A stretch of DNA of 64,000 bases from Escherichia coli (GCF_044324875.1 NZ_CP172185.1), one strand, 5' to 3'. Counted from the first letter of the stretch, positions 1 through 13,779 are shown. Made by a program: numbers and translations. Notes: generated by a model from the letters alone, not told the origin.

Positions 1-513
1 GTAAGCGGCGGCGAAGCCACGACCCAACTGCCGTTTGTAGTGGCGCTGTTTACTGCTATAAAAAACGATCCGCAACTGCGCCACCTCACCTGCCTGGTGG
101 ACAGTAACGGTATGTTGAGCGAAACCGGCTGGGAAAAATTGCTCCCGGTGTGCGACGGCGCAATGCTCGATCTCAAAGCGTGGGGGAGCGAATGTCATCA
201 GCAATTAACCGGACGCGATAATCAGCAGATTAAGCGCAGCATCTGTTTGCTTACCGAACGCGGTAAGCTGGCGGAACTGCGTTTGCTGGTAATCCCTGGC
301 CAGGTGGATTATTTGCAACACATCGATGAGCTGGCGGCGTTTATCAAGGGACTTGGCGATGTTCCGGTACGCCTGAACGCGTTTCATGCCCACGGCGTGT
401 ATGGCGAGGCGCAAAGCTGGCCGAGTGCCACGCCGGAAGACGTTGAGCCATTGGCTGATGCGTTAAAGGTGCGCGGGGTGAGCCGGTTAATATTTCCGGC
501 GCTATATTTGTGA
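1..513 (+). CDS. yjjW: Glycyl-radical enzyme activating protein (radical SAM), C-terminal fragment; 5' end lies outside the window
   Basis: Frame 1 is open from base 1 to the stop at 513; the translation resembles the C-terminal half of PFL-activase-like proteins; synteny with yjjV/yjjU. Confidence 0.65.
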   Translation, partial: VSGGEATTQLPFVVALFTAIKNDPQLRHLTCLVDSNGMLSETGWEKLLPVCDGAMLDLKAWGSECHQQLTGRDNQQIKRSICLLTERGKLAELRLLVIPGQVDYLQHIDELAAFIKGLGDVPVRLNAFHAHGVYGEAQSWPSATPEDVEPLADALKVRGVSRLIFPALYL

Positions 514-514
514 C

Positions 515-1807
<1,293 letters not shown>

Positions 1808-1811
<4 letters not shown>

Positions 1812-2881
1812 GCCAGATCCTCATTGTTAAATGTCGGGTCGTTCGCCTGCGGAGCATCGCTCACTTCGGCAACCAGCGTATCGTTGGCGACTGGCGCAGG
1901 CGGAATGACTATCGATTCCGGCGTCACCACGGGCACCAGATGGCGGGTAAGCGGCGCTTTTTCAGTCAATAATTTACCGACCGTGGCGAGGAAATAACGC
2001 CCGCATAAACGCCCAAGTTTATAGTCTTCACGCAGCGCCGGAATCCGACTGCCAAGCGCGATACTATGTAATGGCTTCGGCGGATAAATTTCGAATATCC
2101 GCAGTTTGCCCGGTGGTTTCTCAATAAATTGCTGAATGTCACGATAGCTGGTTTCATGATGCTGCACCAGATTGACCAGCGGCTGCAGGCTACTGTCACC
2201 CAGCCAGCGTTCCATGCGTTTGAACCACTGCGGCGTGTAGTACATTTGTGACGGCACAGTGCGGATGACGACTAACGTTTTAGCGCCCTGCCTTGCCGCC
2301 TCTTTAACCGGGATCGCATCACTGATCCCACCATCCAGGTAGTTAATACCTTCCAGCGACACTCCGCTACGATAAAAGCCAGGTATCGCACTGGAGGCGC
2401 GAATCACATCCAGCCAGTTTTGTTTGGTTGGTAAAAAGTAATTCGGCGCATAGTCATCCTGACGACAGGCGCACATATAAAACGATTTGCCGCTGTCAAA
2501 CAACCGCGCGGCGGTATCCATTTGCAACGGCATCTGGCTTGCAGTGGCCTCCACCAGCCAGTCGAGATCGATAAGATTTCCTCCACGGACAAAGCGCAAT
2601 GGATCGAAAAATTCGCGTTTTGTGGTATAGCGCATGATGACTTTGCGCGCGTAACCGGGCTGATTGCAGATATACGCCGAGAGGTTCTGCGCCCCGGCAG
2701 ATGTGCCGAGATAAAGATCGAAAGGATTAAACTGCGCGCGCATAAACTCATCCAGCACGCCAGCCGTGAAAATTCCACGCTGTCCGCCGCCTTCGCACAC
2801 CAGAGCTATTCGTCCAGGCTGGAACGGCCTTAGCGACAACGGCGCAATATTACCAAGCGTTACAGGTATTCGCTGCCCCAC
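1808..2881 (-). CDS. yjjU: Patatin-like phospholipase
   Basis: Patatin motifs GGGQRG and GTSAG visible. The start is placed at an in-frame GTG (357 aa) rather than the upstream ATG of the 369-aa track ORF, by recollection of protein length. Confidence 0.75.
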
Positions 2882-3002
2882 CTCTGCCTTCCTGTTTTTG
2901 TTGTGAAAGAATGACAAAGTAACGCAATTTATTATTCGCTAAAACCGCAAAAGCCAGTCCGCTGGACTGGCTTTGGATAAAATTTTCTTAATGGTCTGAA
3001 AT

Positions 3003-3164
3003 CTAGGGTCGTTTTCGGCCCATGAACAAACTCACCAGGAACAGAATAATCCCGACGACAAAGACAATTTTAGCTGCGCCTGCAGCGGTACCGGCCAGAC
3101 CACCAAACCCAAGTGCGGCGGCGATTAACGCGATAACCAGAAATATGATGCCCCAACGAAACAT
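3003..3164 (-). CDS. ytjA: Small membrane protein (UPF0391/DUF1328)
   Basis: Hydrophobic 53-aa protein beginning [10 protein letters not shown]; internal Met start chosen within the 63-aa track ORF. Confidence 0.65.
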
Positions 3165-3290
3165 AAGCGTCTCCTTTACCATAGTTAATGTCACCGCTTG
3201 ATATGAGCGTGAAAATCACTCAATGCGATATTTTTAGTGTGGTGCACATCGCGCCTCCCGACAAAGTTCGGGAGGACGAATTACGACGAA

Positions 3291-3896
3291 TTACTTAGTT
3301 TTCAGATCATTTTTAACGCTTTTCACACCATCTACCGCTTTGGCGATACTTTCAGCACGGTCGCTCTGTGCCTGGGAATCGACGGTACCGGAGAGCTGAA
3401 CCACGCCGTCGGTGGTTTCAACTTTCACATGACGGGAAGGGACGATATCGTCCGCCAGCAGTTTGGCTTTGATTTCACTGGTGGTGGCGGTGTCACCCGC
3501 GTAGCCCTTCACCGAGCCTTCTTTAGCGTCGCGAACGTGCAGTTTGTCGCTGACAGAGGTCACCCCTTCAACGCCTTTCGCCACTTTCACTGCCTCTTCG
3601 GCCTGAGCCTGGCTTTCAACGAAACCGCTCAGGGTCACGACTTTTTGATCGGTTTTGACAGAGATATCGGTGCTCTTGATGTTGTCATGATCCACCAGCG
3701 CCGCCTTCACTTTCGCGGTGATGGCGCTGTCATCCATGAAATTACCGACTTTATTCATAGAGCTATCGACTTTTTGCCCTGCGCTTTCATTGGTAGTCTG
3801 TGCGTTGTTTTCCGCGTAGGCAGAGCCGGTCGCGACGGCAGAGGTCAACATTACAGCCAGCAGAGTTTTCGAAATCTTCAGTCTTGTCATAGTCAT
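3291..3896 (-). CDS. osmY: Osmotically inducible periplasmic protein OsmY (two BON domains)
   Basis: Start placed at [17 protein letters not shown] with signal peptide (201 aa); the track ORF extends 26 codons further upstream. Confidence 0.9.
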
Positions 3897-4288
3897 CGAT
3901 TTATTCCTGTATGTTTGCTCGTAATTTGAGCCTGGCAACACGAGGTTGCATTGCTGAATAGGGAGAGACTTCACCCTCTACAGAAGTCAATGGTCGCCAT
4001 CACAAAAGCGATGGGTGATAAATAACGACCATTACAGCCTCTGAATCAGTTATTAATATCGGTAGAATGACAATCGACGGCTTTAGATACTGATATCTAC
4101 GCATTGAACGGTATTTAACGCCGTCAGAAATGTCATTACTTTGTTAAATATAGATCACAATTTTGAAACCGCTCGGGATATCAGCGAAAACATAAGCAAA
4201 AGTGAATGTTTTAAGAACATTCCGTAAGCGGCTAATAAGGAAGGGAAATTGACAGGGCGCAGCGGCTACCGCGCCCTGGAGGCAAGAA

Positions 4289-5878
4289 TTAATGCTCGCG
4301 GGTCTGGTGGAACTGAACGTCCGGATAACGTTCCTGCGCCAGGCGCAGGTTTACCATGCTGGTAGCGATGTAAGCGAGGTTATCGCCGCCATCAAGCGCC
4401 AGTTGGCTTTCGTTCTTACGCTTGAACTCTTCGAATTTCTTCGCGTCCGCACATTCTACCCAGCGGGCAGTGGCAACGTTGACTGACTCATACACTGCTT
4501 CAACGTTGTATTCGCTCTTCAGGCGCGCTACCACCACATCAAACTGCAGCACACCAACCGCACCAACGATCAGATCGTTGTTGGAGATCGGACGGAACAC
4601 CTGCACTGCGCCCTCTTCGGAAAGCTGTACCAGCCCTTTAAGCAGCTGTTTTTGCTTCAGCGGATCTTTCAGGCGGATACGACGGAACAGTTCCGGCGCG
4701 AAGTTCGGAATACCGGTGAACTTCATCATCTCACCCTGGGTAAAGGTGTCGCCGATCTGAATAGTGCCGTGGTTATGCAGGCCGAGGATATCGCCCGGAT
4801 ACGCTTCTTCAACGTGCGAACGGTCACCCGCCATAAAGGTCAGCGCGTCGGAGATCACCACATCTTTCGCAGTACGCACCTGGCGCAGCTTCATGCCTTT
4901 TTCATATTTACCGGACACCACACGCATAAACGCCACGCGGTCGCGGTGTTTCGGGTCCATGTTGGCCTGAATTTTAAATACGAAGCCGGTAAATTTGTCT
5001 TCGCTCGCCTCTACGGTACGGGTATCAGTCTGACGCGGCATCGGCGCAGGGGCCCACTCCACCAGGCCATCCAGCATATGATCAACGCCGAAGTTACCCA
5101 GCGCAGTACCGAAGAATACCGGAGTGATTTCGCCCGCAAGGAACAGCTCTTTGTCGAACTCGTTAGACGCGCCTTTCACCAGTTCCAGTTCGTCACGTAG
5201 CTGCTGTGCCAGATCTTCACCAACCGCAGCGTCGAGATCCGGGTTATTCAGCCCTTTAACAATGCGGACTTCCTGAATCGTGTGGCCTTTACCGCTCTGA
5301 TAGAGATAGGTTTCATCTTTATAAAGGTGGTAAACGCCTTTAAACAGCTTGCCGCAGCCAATCGGCCAGGTGATCGGTGCGCAGCCGATTTTCAGCTCGT
5401 TCTCAACTTCATCGAGCAGCTCCATCGGGTCGCGGATATCACGGTCAAGTTTGTTCATAAAGGTGAGGATCGGCGTGTCGCGCAGACGGGTAACTTCCAT
5501 CAGCTTACGGGTACGATCTTCAACACCTTTTGCAGCGTCGATAACCATCAGGCAGCAGTCCACCGCCGTCAGGGTACGATAGGTATCTTCCGAGAAGTCT
5601 TCGTGCCCCGGGGTGTCGAGCAGGTTAACCAGGCAATCGTGATACGGAAACTGCATCACAGAAGTAGTAATGGAGATCCCACGCTGCTTTTCCATCTCCA
5701 TCCAGTCCGACTTAGCGTGCTGGTTGGAACCACGGCCTTTTACTGTACCGGCGGTCTGAATGGCCTGTCCGAACAGCAGCACCTTCTCGGTGATGGTAGT
5801 CTTACCGGCGTCCGGGTGAGAAATAATGGCAAAAGTGCGGCGCTTCGCCACCTCTTGCAAATAAGGAGACAACGTCAT
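4289..5878 (-). CDS. prfC: Peptide chain release factor 3 (GTPase)
   Basis: G-domain motifs ([24 protein letters not shown]); 529 aa from [10 protein letters not shown]. Confidence 0.95.
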
Positions 5879-5968
5879 AATTCTTTCTTCTTGAGTAAGC
5901 GGCATCGCGCCGCGCTTGTTGAAAACGAAAAATTGCGGCTATTTTACCCATCAACGGGGGGGAGGCAA

Positions 5969-6646
5969 TCAGTGTTTACACAGGAGCTGCTCCAGTTCGT
6001 GCAACGAAGAAACGGTCCAGGTGGGCGCGATGCCTTCTGGTTGCTCGCGATTGTGCGCATTCAGCCAGCAGGTCGCAAGCCCGGCGTTGATGCCACCGAG
6101 AATATCGGACTCGGCAGTGTCGCCAACCATCAGCACGCGTGAACGGTCAGGATTGCCCGCCTGTTCCAGCGCATAATCGAAAATTTTCTTATTCGGTTTG
6201 GCAACGCCAACTTCTTCGGAAATCACCAGCAAATCGAAATAATCACGCAGGCCCGTGCGTTCCAGACGCACTTGCTGCAAGGCGCTAAAGCCGTTGGTGA
6301 TGATGCCGATTTTGGCGTTGCCACGAATGGCGTTAAGCAGAGAAACCGCGCCCGGCAGCGGCGTACAGATTTCCGCCATCGCATTAATAAAGGCTTCGTT
6401 GAGTTTACCCGGCTCGACGTTCAGTCGTTCGGCCCAGCTCTCAAACCGCCCGTGCTGAAGCTGTAATGAAGTGATCGCGCCGTTTTGATAATCCACCCAC
6501 AGTGGCTTATTAACGGCCTGATAGTCCTGAAAATCTTCAGCGGTAAAGGTGACACTGTAATCAAGAAACATCCGCTGCAGGCCGGTGAATGAGTCAAAGG
6601 TAAACAGCGTTTCATCGGCATCAAAGAAAATCCAGTCCCACTTCAT
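5969..6646 (-). CDS. yjjG: HAD-superfamily pyrimidine 5'-nucleotidase
   Basis: 225-aa ORF with HAD motif I ([10 protein letters not shown]); synteny between prfC and rimI. Confidence 0.85.
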   Translation of the reverse strand: MKWDWIFFDADETLFTFDSFTGLQRMFLDYSVTFTAEDFQDYQAVNKPLWVDYQNGAITSLQLQHGRFESWAERLNVEPGKLNEAFINAMAEICTPLPGAVSLLNAIRGNAKIGIITNGFSALQQVRLERTGLRDYFDLLVISEEVGVAKPNKKIFDYALEQAGNPDRSRVLMVGDTAESDILGGINAGLATCWLNAHNREQPEGIAPTWTVSSLHELEQLLCKH

Positions 6647-6660
6647 TATTCCACCTTGTC

Positions 6661-7107
6661 TTACATACTGATTGGCAACGCCATGATGATGGCGTCTTCG
6701 CGACCGTCCGTGGTGGGGTAGTAATTGCGGCGAATCGTCGCCTCGTTAAAGCCTAAACTTTCGTACAGGGCAATGGCGGCAGCGTTTGAAGCACGGACTT
6801 CCAGCCATAGTGTCGCCACGCCGCGTTTTTCCAGTTCGTCGATCAGATGTTCCAGCAGCGCCCTTCCCAATCCCTGACGCTGATAGTCAGGATCGACCGC
6901 AATATTGAACAATGTAGCTTCATCCAGCACCACTTGCGTAATCGCAAACGCCGCCATTTTGCCGTTTTGCGTTAACTGAAAGTTGAGATAACGCTCGCCC
7001 TGGTTGCTGGCAAAGGTTTTTTCACTCCACGGAAAGGCGTGGGCGCGTTGTTCAATGTGGTAAGCCGCTGGTAAATCAGTCGTTTCGAGGGAAGAAATCG
7101 TGTTCAT
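6661..7107 (-). CDS. rimI: Ribosomal protein S18 alanine N-acetyltransferase (GNAT)
   Basis: 148-aa GNAT-like ORF ([10 protein letters not shown]); overlaps the holD 3' end. Confidence 0.9.
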   Translation of the reverse strand: MNTISSLETTDLPAAYHIEQRAHAFPWSEKTFASNQGERYLNFQLTQNGKMAAFAITQVVLDEATLFNIAVDPDYQRQGLGRALLEHLIDELEKRGVATLWLEVRASNAAAIALYESLGFNEATIRRNYYPTTDGREDAIIMALPISM

Positions 7108-7489
7108 ATGTGCAAATTTGTTGCCATAACGCGGCGCGTGCCGTTGGGTTTGCCCGTAATTCGGTGAGCGCCGGTGATGCCACCTGAGCGCCTTCCAGTG
7201 ATAGCGGTTCGTCAGTACCCAACCGCCAGCTGTTGCAGCGACTGCCTTGTGGCAGCATCGAGATTTTTTCTGGCGTCAGTTGCAGCACTTGATCGGGGCT
7301 GACGGTTAATGCGCGCAGAACATCGCTCACCAGAGGATCAGTCAGGGCGGGAAGATCGTTTGCCACCATCACCAGACGGACGTGTGCCGGGATCGCAATG
7401 GCAATCTCCCCCTGCAACGCGCCAGGGCGACGCAGCGACCACTGGGTAATGCCCAGTTGCTGTAACTGCCAGTCTCGTCGGGATGTCAT
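7076..7489 (-). CDS. holD: DNA polymerase III psi subunit
   Basis: 137-aa ORF; conserved holD-rimI overlapping arrangement. Confidence 0.85.
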   Translation of the reverse strand: MTSRRDWQLQQLGITQWSLRRPGALQGEIAIAIPAHVRLVMVANDLPALTDPLVSDVLRALTVSPDQVLQLTPEKISMLPQGSRCNSWRLGTDEPLSLEGAQVASPALTELRANPTARAALWQQICTYEHDFFPRND

Positions 7490-7591
7490 AGCGAATCGCT
7501 CCTGTTGTCAGGGGCGCAAATATAGCAAATTCGTCGATACCGCGCCAACATATGGCTATAATCGCCGCCAGTATCAATTGAGGAGCATTCC

Positions 7592-8623
7592 ATGTCTGCA
7601 TTTACCCCGGCAAGTGAAGTCTTGCTGCGTCACAGTGATGATTTCGAACAAAGCCGTATTCTGTTTGCCGGAGACTTACAGGATGACCTGCCCGCGCGTT
7701 TAGATACCGCGGCCAGCCGTGCTCATACCCAGCAATTCCACCATTGGCAGGTGTTAAGCCGCCAGATGGGGGATAACGCCCGTTTTAGTCTGGTCGCAAC
7801 GGCAGATGACGTCGCAGATTGCGATACGCTGATCTACTACTGGCCGAAGAATAAACCGGAAGCCCAGTTCCAGTTGATGAATTTACTTTCTCTGCTGCCG
7901 GTGGGCACGGATATTTTTGTCGTTGGCGAGAACCGCAGCGGCGTGCGCAGCGCCGAACAGATGCTGGCAGATTATGCGCCGTTGAATAAAGTCGACAGCG
8001 CCCGTCGCTGCGGCCTCTATTTTGGCCGTCTGGAAAAACAGCCGGAATTTGATGCGGATAAATTCTGGGGCGAATATAACGTGGATGGCCTGACGGTCAA
8101 AACGCTGCCGGGCGTGTTTAGCCGCGACGGTCTGGATGTCGGTAGCCAGTTACTGCTCTCGACGTTAACTCCGCACACGAAAGGTAAAGTACTGGATGTC
8201 GGCTGTGGCGCGGGCGTGCTTTCTGTTGCCTTTGCGCGCCATTCACCGAAAATTCGTCTCACTCTGTGCGATGTCTCTGCGCCAGCGGTAGAAGCCAGCC
8301 GCGCAACACTTGCGGCCAACGGTGTTGAAGGTGAAGTCTTTGCCAGTAACGTCTTTTCCGAGGTGAAAGGTCGTTTTGATATGATCATCTCCAACCCGCC
8401 GTTCCACGATGGGATGCAAACCAGCCTCGATGCGGCGCAAACGCTGATTCGCGGCGCGGTGCGTCATCTTAATAGCGGCGGCGAGCTGCGAATTGTAGCG
8501 AACGCCTTCCTGCCTTACCCGGACGTGCTGGATGAGACATTTGGCTTCCACGAAGTGATCGCGCAAACCGGGCGCTTCAAGGTGTATCGCGCCATTATGA
8601 CCCGCCAGGCGAAGAAAGGTTAA
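7592..8623 (+). CDS. rsmC: 16S rRNA m2G1207 methyltransferase
   Basis: 343-aa ORF; SAM-methyltransferase motifs ([16 protein letters not shown]). Confidence 0.9.
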   Translation: MSAFTPASEVLLRHSDDFEQSRILFAGDLQDDLPARLDTAASRAHTQQFHHWQVLSRQMGDNARFSLVATADDVADCDTLIYYWPKNKPEAQFQLMNLLSLLPVGTDIFVVGENRSGVRSAEQMLADYAPLNKVDSARRCGLYFGRLEKQPEFDADKFWGEYNVDGLTVKTLPGVFSRDGLDVGSQLLLSTLTPHTKGKVLDVGCGAGVLSVAFARHSPKIRLTLCDVSAPAVEASRATLAANGVEGEVFASNVFSEVKGRFDMIISNPPFHDGMQTSLDAAQTLIRGAVRHLNSGGELRIVANAFLPYPDVLDETFGFHEVIAQTGRFKVYRAIMTRQAKKG

Positions 8624-8629
8624 GTATCC

Positions 8630-8890
<261 letters not shown>

Positions 8891-9001
8891 GGCCATTTTT
8901 CCAGCAATTACACCTCCGGCGATAATTAACTATTGACGAAAAGCTGAAAACCACTAGAATGCGCCTCCGTGGTAGCAATTCTTTTTAAGAATTGATGGTA
9001 T

Positions 9002-9088
9002 GCGAAGGTGGCGGAATTGGTAGACGCGCTAGCTTCAGGTGTTAGTGTCCTTACGGACGTGGGGGTTCAAGTCCCCCCCCTCGCACCA
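9002..9088 (+). tRNA. leuV: tRNA-Leu (anticodon CAG), copy 1 of 3
   Basis: 87-nt sequence GCGAAGGTGGCGGAATTGGTAGACGCG...CTTCAGGTG...GGGGGTTCAAGTCCCCCCCCTCGCACCA with encoded CCA; first copy downstream of rsmC. Confidence 0.95.
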
Positions 9089-9116
9089 AAAACCACGTTG
9101 ATATTGCTCGCACTGG

Positions 9117-9203
9117 GCGAAGGTGGCGGAATTGGTAGACGCGCTAGCTTCAGGTGTTAGTGTTCTTACGGACGTGGGGGTTCAAGTCCCCCCCCTCGCA
9201 CCA
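9117..9203 (+). tRNA. leuP: tRNA-Leu (anticodon CAG), copy 2 of 3; one substitution in the variable arm (GTGTTCTTACGGAC)
   Basis: Same 87-nt tRNA with a single C-to-T difference relative to copy 1. Confidence 0.95.
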
Positions 9204-9237
9204 AACGAGGCGATATCAAAAAAAGTAAGACGACTGT

Positions 9238-9324
9238 GCGAAGGTGGCGGAATTGGTAGACGCGCTAGCTTCAGGTGTTAGTGTCCTTACGGACGTGGGG
9301 GTTCAAGTTCCCCCCCTCGCACCA
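9238..9324 (+). tRNA. leuQ: tRNA-Leu (anticodon CAG), copy 3 of 3; one substitution on the 3' side of the T-arm (TTCAAGTTCCCCCCC)
   Basis: Same 87-nt tRNA with a single C-to-T difference relative to copy 1. Confidence 0.95.
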
Positions 9325-9362
9325 ATTATCTTTACTTCCTTTCTTGTTTCTTCCCTGATTTT

Positions 9363-9599
9363 TCATCCCTGATTCAAATTCATTATCATCAGCATGATGC
9401 CAGCAATAAGCGCCAGGCACGATGGCAGCAAAACGTAATGCCGCAACTGTTTGTGATACAGCATCACCGGCGTCAATATTAATCCCATCAGAATGACAAT
9501 CCGCCACTGATCCGGCGATAAATCCGCATACATCAGCCCTGCAATCAGCAATCCCGGCAGCAACACTCCCCAGCCACTGCCCAGCGTACGTTGCAACAT
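9363..9599 (-). CDS. yjjZ: Small inner-membrane protein (78 aa)
   Basis: Hydrophobic ORF from MLQRTLGSGWGVLLPGLLIAG; internal start chosen within the 115-aa track ORF; position between leuQ and fhuF. Confidence 0.6.
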   Translation of the reverse strand: MLQRTLGSGWGVLLPGLLIAGLMYADLSPDQWRIVILMGLILTPVMLYHKQLRHYVLLPSCLALIAGIMLMIMNLNQG

Positions 9600-9617
9600 G
9601 GTTTCATCTCTTTCATT

Positions 9618-9656
9618 GATAATGATAACTAATATCATATGATAATTTTTATCATT
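9618..9656. promoter_or_regulatory. Fur boxes (gataatgataactaatatc and gataatttttatcatt) in the yjjZ/fhuF divergent promoter region
   Basis: Close matches to the Fur consensus GATAATGATAATCATTATC; fhuF is a known Fur-regulated gene. Confidence 0.55.
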
Positions 9657-9706
9657 TGCAAGCCAGAGAAATCCCTTGCTATCGGGTAAACCTATCGCTA
9701 GGATTA

Positions 9707-9729
9707 GCAATCATTATCATTTAGATTAC
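9707..9729. promoter_or_regulatory. Additional Fur-box-like site (gcaatcattatcatttagattac) immediately upstream of the fhuF start
   Basis: AATCATTATCATT matches the core of the Fur consensus. Confidence 0.45.
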
Positions 9730-9739
9730 TATCCCGATT

Positions 9740-10528
9740 ATGGCCTATCGTTCCGCACCGCTCTATGAAGATGTTATCTGGCGAACGCATCTCCAGCCGC
9801 AGGATGCTGGGCTTGCACAAGCCATACGGGCGACGATCGCCGAACATCGTGAACATTTGCTCGAGTTTATCCGCCTGGATGAACCCGCTCCGCTTAACGC
9901 CATGACGCTGGCGCAATGGTCATCAACGAATGCGCTAAGTTCTCTACTGGCGGTCTATTCCGATCATATCTATCGCAACCAACCAACGATGATCCGCGAG
10001 AACAAACCGCTGATCTCACTATGGGCGCAATGGTATATCGGCCTGATGGTGCCACCATTAATGTTGGCGCTGCTGACGCAGGAAAAAGCATTAGATGTGT
10101 CGCCGGAACATTTCCACGTTGAGTTTCACGAAACCGGACGCGCCGCCTGTTTCTGGGTCGATGTGTGTGAAGATAAAAACGCAACACTACATTCGCCGCA
10201 GCAGCGAATGGAAACGTTAATCAGTCAGGCGCTGGTTCCGGTAGTGCAGGCATTAGAAGCAACGGGAGAGATCAACGGCAAACTTATCTGGAGCAATACC
10301 GGTTATTTGATCAACTGGTATCTGACTGAGATGAAACAGCTGCTTGGCGAGGCGGCGGTTGAATCGCTGCGCCATGCCCTCTTTTTTGAGAAAATGCTCA
10401 CGAACGGTGAAGATAATCCACTCTGGCGTACCGTGGTACTGCGCGACGGCCTGCTGGTGCGCCGCACTTGCTGCCAGCGTTATCGCTTACCGGATGTGCA
10501 GCAATGTGGCGATTGTACGCTGAAATGA
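9740..10528 (+). CDS. fhuF: Ferric-siderophore reductase FhuF (C-terminal Cys-rich 2Fe-2S motif)
   Basis: 262-aa ORF; C-terminal C-C-x...C-x-x-C motif (RRTCCQRYRLPDVQQCGDC). Confidence 0.9.
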   Translation: MAYRSAPLYEDVIWRTHLQPQDAGLAQAIRATIAEHREHLLEFIRLDEPAPLNAMTLAQWSSTNALSSLLAVYSDHIYRNQPTMIRENKPLISLWAQWYIGLMVPPLMLALLTQEKALDVSPEHFHVEFHETGRAACFWVDVCEDKNATLHSPQQRMETLISQALVPVVQALEATGEINGKLIWSNTGYLINWYLTEMKQLLGEAAVESLRHALFFEKMLTNGEDNPLWRTVVLRDGLLVRRTCCQRYRLPDVQQCGDCTLK

Positions 10529-10565
10529 AAGCACTGCCGGGGAAGTAAACCCGGCATCATGCGGA

Positions 10566-11243
10566 TTAATAGGGATGCAACACATTACTTGCTTCGCAAT
10601 GCCGCATACATAACAGAATATCTGCGGCCTCCAACAACCCTGCATCAGAACTGACGCCCAGTTTCGACATCACATTAAATTTATGTGCACGGATCGTTTT
10701 GATATTGCGTTTAAGCTGCTCGGCAATTTGTGTCATTGAGTAGCCACGCGACATAAAGCGCAATATTTCTCTCTCCGTCGGGCTTAGCGTTCGGCTTTGA
10801 TTAATGTACCACTGATTGTTCAGTCGGTCGGTCGCCTGACGTACACCATTTAATGACAAAAAGAGTTCCTGATGAAAAATCTCCAGCGTTGACGCTTTAC
10901 TTAATACACCGTCCAGCGGTGATGGCGACAATGAACCAATCAGCCGAGCTTCAATATCATCATCCGCAATAACTAAACGCCGGGTACGCGGAAACTTAAT
11001 CGCCAGTTCAGTCAGGCAAGATAATCCCTCTCTGCGCTCACTTCTCATGGCAGAAAAAGAAAAAATGACCGCCGCAAACGAGATCCGCGACATGGCATCC
11101 TGAAATGACTCCTGACTGGTATAGGTATGGAGCTTATAAGGGTTACCCGCAAACTTTCTGAATAAACTCTCAATACCGATACTACTCATGACGCATTTTT
11201 CTATGAGTGCGACATTTCTCTTCTTAATTCGGCTGTGTTCCAT
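10566..11243 (-). CDS. bglJ: LuxR-family transcriptional regulator BglJ
   Basis: 225-aa ORF with C-terminal LuxR-type HTH; overlaps the upstream yjjQ. Confidence 0.85.
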
Positions 11244-11926
11244 TCTGCGGCATCTCCATAAACAGAAGGCAAGTTAAGTTCTCTTGCACCCTGCGCGCTA
11301 TTTATCCATGCATACATTTCAGCGTTGCTGTGAATTGCCAGTCGACGCATCGCACTGTTTTTTTGGGCGCTGATAGTTTTATTACTTTTCTTAAGCAATG
11401 AAGCTATCTGGTTGATGCCCCATCCTTTACCTAATAGCCGCAGTACCTTGCGCTCTGAAAGAGTGAGAATGACGGAGCGATAGCTAAAATCATGAGTTTC
11501 AGTCATTGCCGGAGAGGTCAGCATGGCGCTGATACGCTCTGCGTGCGTATTACCGGAACGTACGGTCTTGACCAGATTCTCAATGGGTTCAACATCAGAC
11601 AATAACGTCGCCGTAGGGCACATGAGCAATTCTACTGCCTGGGAATACCAGGATCGTGACACCATGAAAACCCAGTGAATTTCCCGATATTGTGAGATTA
11701 AAGAATAATAATGTTCACAAACAGAACGTGGATCTTCACTTTCACCGGCTAAATCAGCAATGACTAATCCGGAACGACGTAATTGTAATAAGGTAAGGTC
11801 CTCCGCAGAGGCGCTGGATATTATTTCATATTCAGGGAAGTGAGTCCTCATGACCTCTTTTAACCCTGCTTGCATAACAGGTATTTTACTGATAACAATT
11901 CCATTTTTGCAGCATCCTGGCAACAT
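11201..11926 (-). CDS. yjjQ: LuxR-family transcriptional regulator YjjQ
   Basis: 241-aa ORF with C-terminal LuxR-type HTH; yjjQ-bglJ operon arrangement with AT-rich upstream region. Confidence 0.85.
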
Positions 11927-12544
11927 ATTTCCTCCACATCCACTGTCTAAAAATTATGATGGTTTATTCAGGATATTCATTCCTTAAATGTTTCCAGCAA
12001 ATTAATAGATTAAGCGAATAAATTATCCTTAGCATTCACTTTCATATCAGCATACTCCTGCTGCACAACAACTCCACTGCATGTGTCAGAAGGTTAGCAT
12101 CAAATGATAACCTGGTGAAATAGCCTGGAGACATTTAAAATATCTACATTAAGTTGTTAGAAATACTTAATGAAAAACAGAATTCTCATTCATTTAATTT
12201 ATAATTAACTGATATCCCTTCCAGTAGAATGCAAAATCACACAATCAATATTTATTCAATAAAATCTGATAGTTTTAACTTGTAAAAATTAAAAAACGCG
12301 CCCAGTTATCTTTTATCCTGATTCGTAAAGGCTAAACAATAAATTTATTATAGTGATAATATTCATGTGATAATTTGTTTGCGGCGAGAGATAATTCGCT
12401 TTTTATCACCGAGCTTCTCCCGATAACCAGGATTAATCAGCGCAATTTTGATCTTAACCTACCGCAAAACAACCGTGCTTCATGATACAAATGGATTCTC
12501 ATTATCTGAACAATACGCAGCACGTCTATGACAAAGGGCGAGTT

Positions 12545-13315
12545 ATGCAAACTGAGCAACAGCGAGCCGTAACACGGCTTTGTATCCAGTGTGGATTATT
12601 TCTTTTGCAACATGGTGCGGAAAGCGCGTTGGTTGATGAGCTTTCCTCACGACTGGGTCGGGCGTTGGGGATGGACAGCGTCGAAAGTTCTATCTCTTCG
12701 AACGCCATAGTGCTGACAACCATTAAAGATGGGCAATGCCTGACATCGACACGTAAAAATCAAGATCGCGGCATTAATATGCATGTGGTGACTGAAGTCC
12801 AGCACATTGTGATTCTGGCGGAGCACCATCTGCTGGATTACAAAGGCGTAGAGAAACGATTTAGCCAAATTCAGCCATTACGTTACCCAAGATGGCTGGT
12901 AGCCTTAATGGTTGGCCTTTCTTGTGCCTGTTTCTGTAAACTCAATAAAGGTGGCTGGGATGGTGCCGTCATCACCTTCTTTGCCAGTACGGTCGCGATG
13001 TATATCCGCCAGCTGCTGGCACAACGTCATCTTCATCCACAAATCAACTTTTGCCTCACCGCTTTCGCCGCCACCACCATTTCCGGTTTGCTTTTGCAAC
13101 TCCCCACTTTCAGCAATACCCCCACCATTGCGATGGCCGCCAGCGTTCTGCTGCTGGTGCCGGGCTTTCCGTTGATTAATGCCGTCGCCGATATGTTTAA
13201 AGGCCACATCAATACCGGACTGGCACGCTGGGCGATCGCCAGTCTGCTGACACTGGCTACCTGCGTCGGCGTAGTGATGGCACTGACGATTTGGGGGCTA
13301 CGCGGATGGGTGTGA
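12545..13315 (+). CDS. yjjP: Inner-membrane protein YjjP (ThrE/DUF1212 family)
   Basis: Start placed at [12 protein letters not shown] (256 aa) inside the 277-aa track ORF; multi-TM protein. Confidence 0.75.
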
Positions 13316-13779
13316 TCGAATTTCTGTTAGCGTTGGCGCAGGATATGATCCTCGCCGCCATTCCTGCGGTCGGCTTTGCGATGGTGTTCAACGTTCCCGT
13401 TCGGGCGTTACGCTGGTGTGCGCTGCTTGGCTCGATAGGTCATGGTTCCCGAATGATCTTAATGACCAGCGGGCTGAATATTGAGTGGTCAACTTTTATG
13501 GCTTCTATGCTGGTCGGCACCATTGGTATTCAATGGTCGCGCTGGTATCTGGCGCATCCGAAAGTGTTTACCGTGGCGGCCGTTATCCCTATGTTCCCGG
13601 GCATATCGGCTTATACCGCAATGATTTCGGCGGTAAAAATCAGCCAGTTAGGTTACAGCGAACCGTTGATGATTACCCTGTTAACCAACTTTCTTACAGC
13701 TTCATCGATTGTTGGTGCGTTATCCATCGGTCTTTCCATTCCTGGATTATGGTTGTACCGCAAGCGCCCTCGCGTATAA
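13306..13779 (+). CDS. yjjB: Inner-membrane protein YjjB (DUF3815)
   Basis: 157-aa hydrophobic ORF from [12 protein letters not shown]; overlaps the yjjP 3' end. Confidence 0.75.

Noticed and set aside
5282-6142. 286-aa plus-strand ORF
   Set aside because: Lies entirely antisense to the well-supported prfC and yjjG genes; no motif or ribosome-binding-site support.
12905-13207. 100-aa minus-strand and 87-aa plus-strand ORFs with Pro/Gly-rich low-complexity translations
   Set aside because: Both lie inside yjjP (opposite strand or alternative frame) and show low-complexity composition typical of out-of-frame translation.
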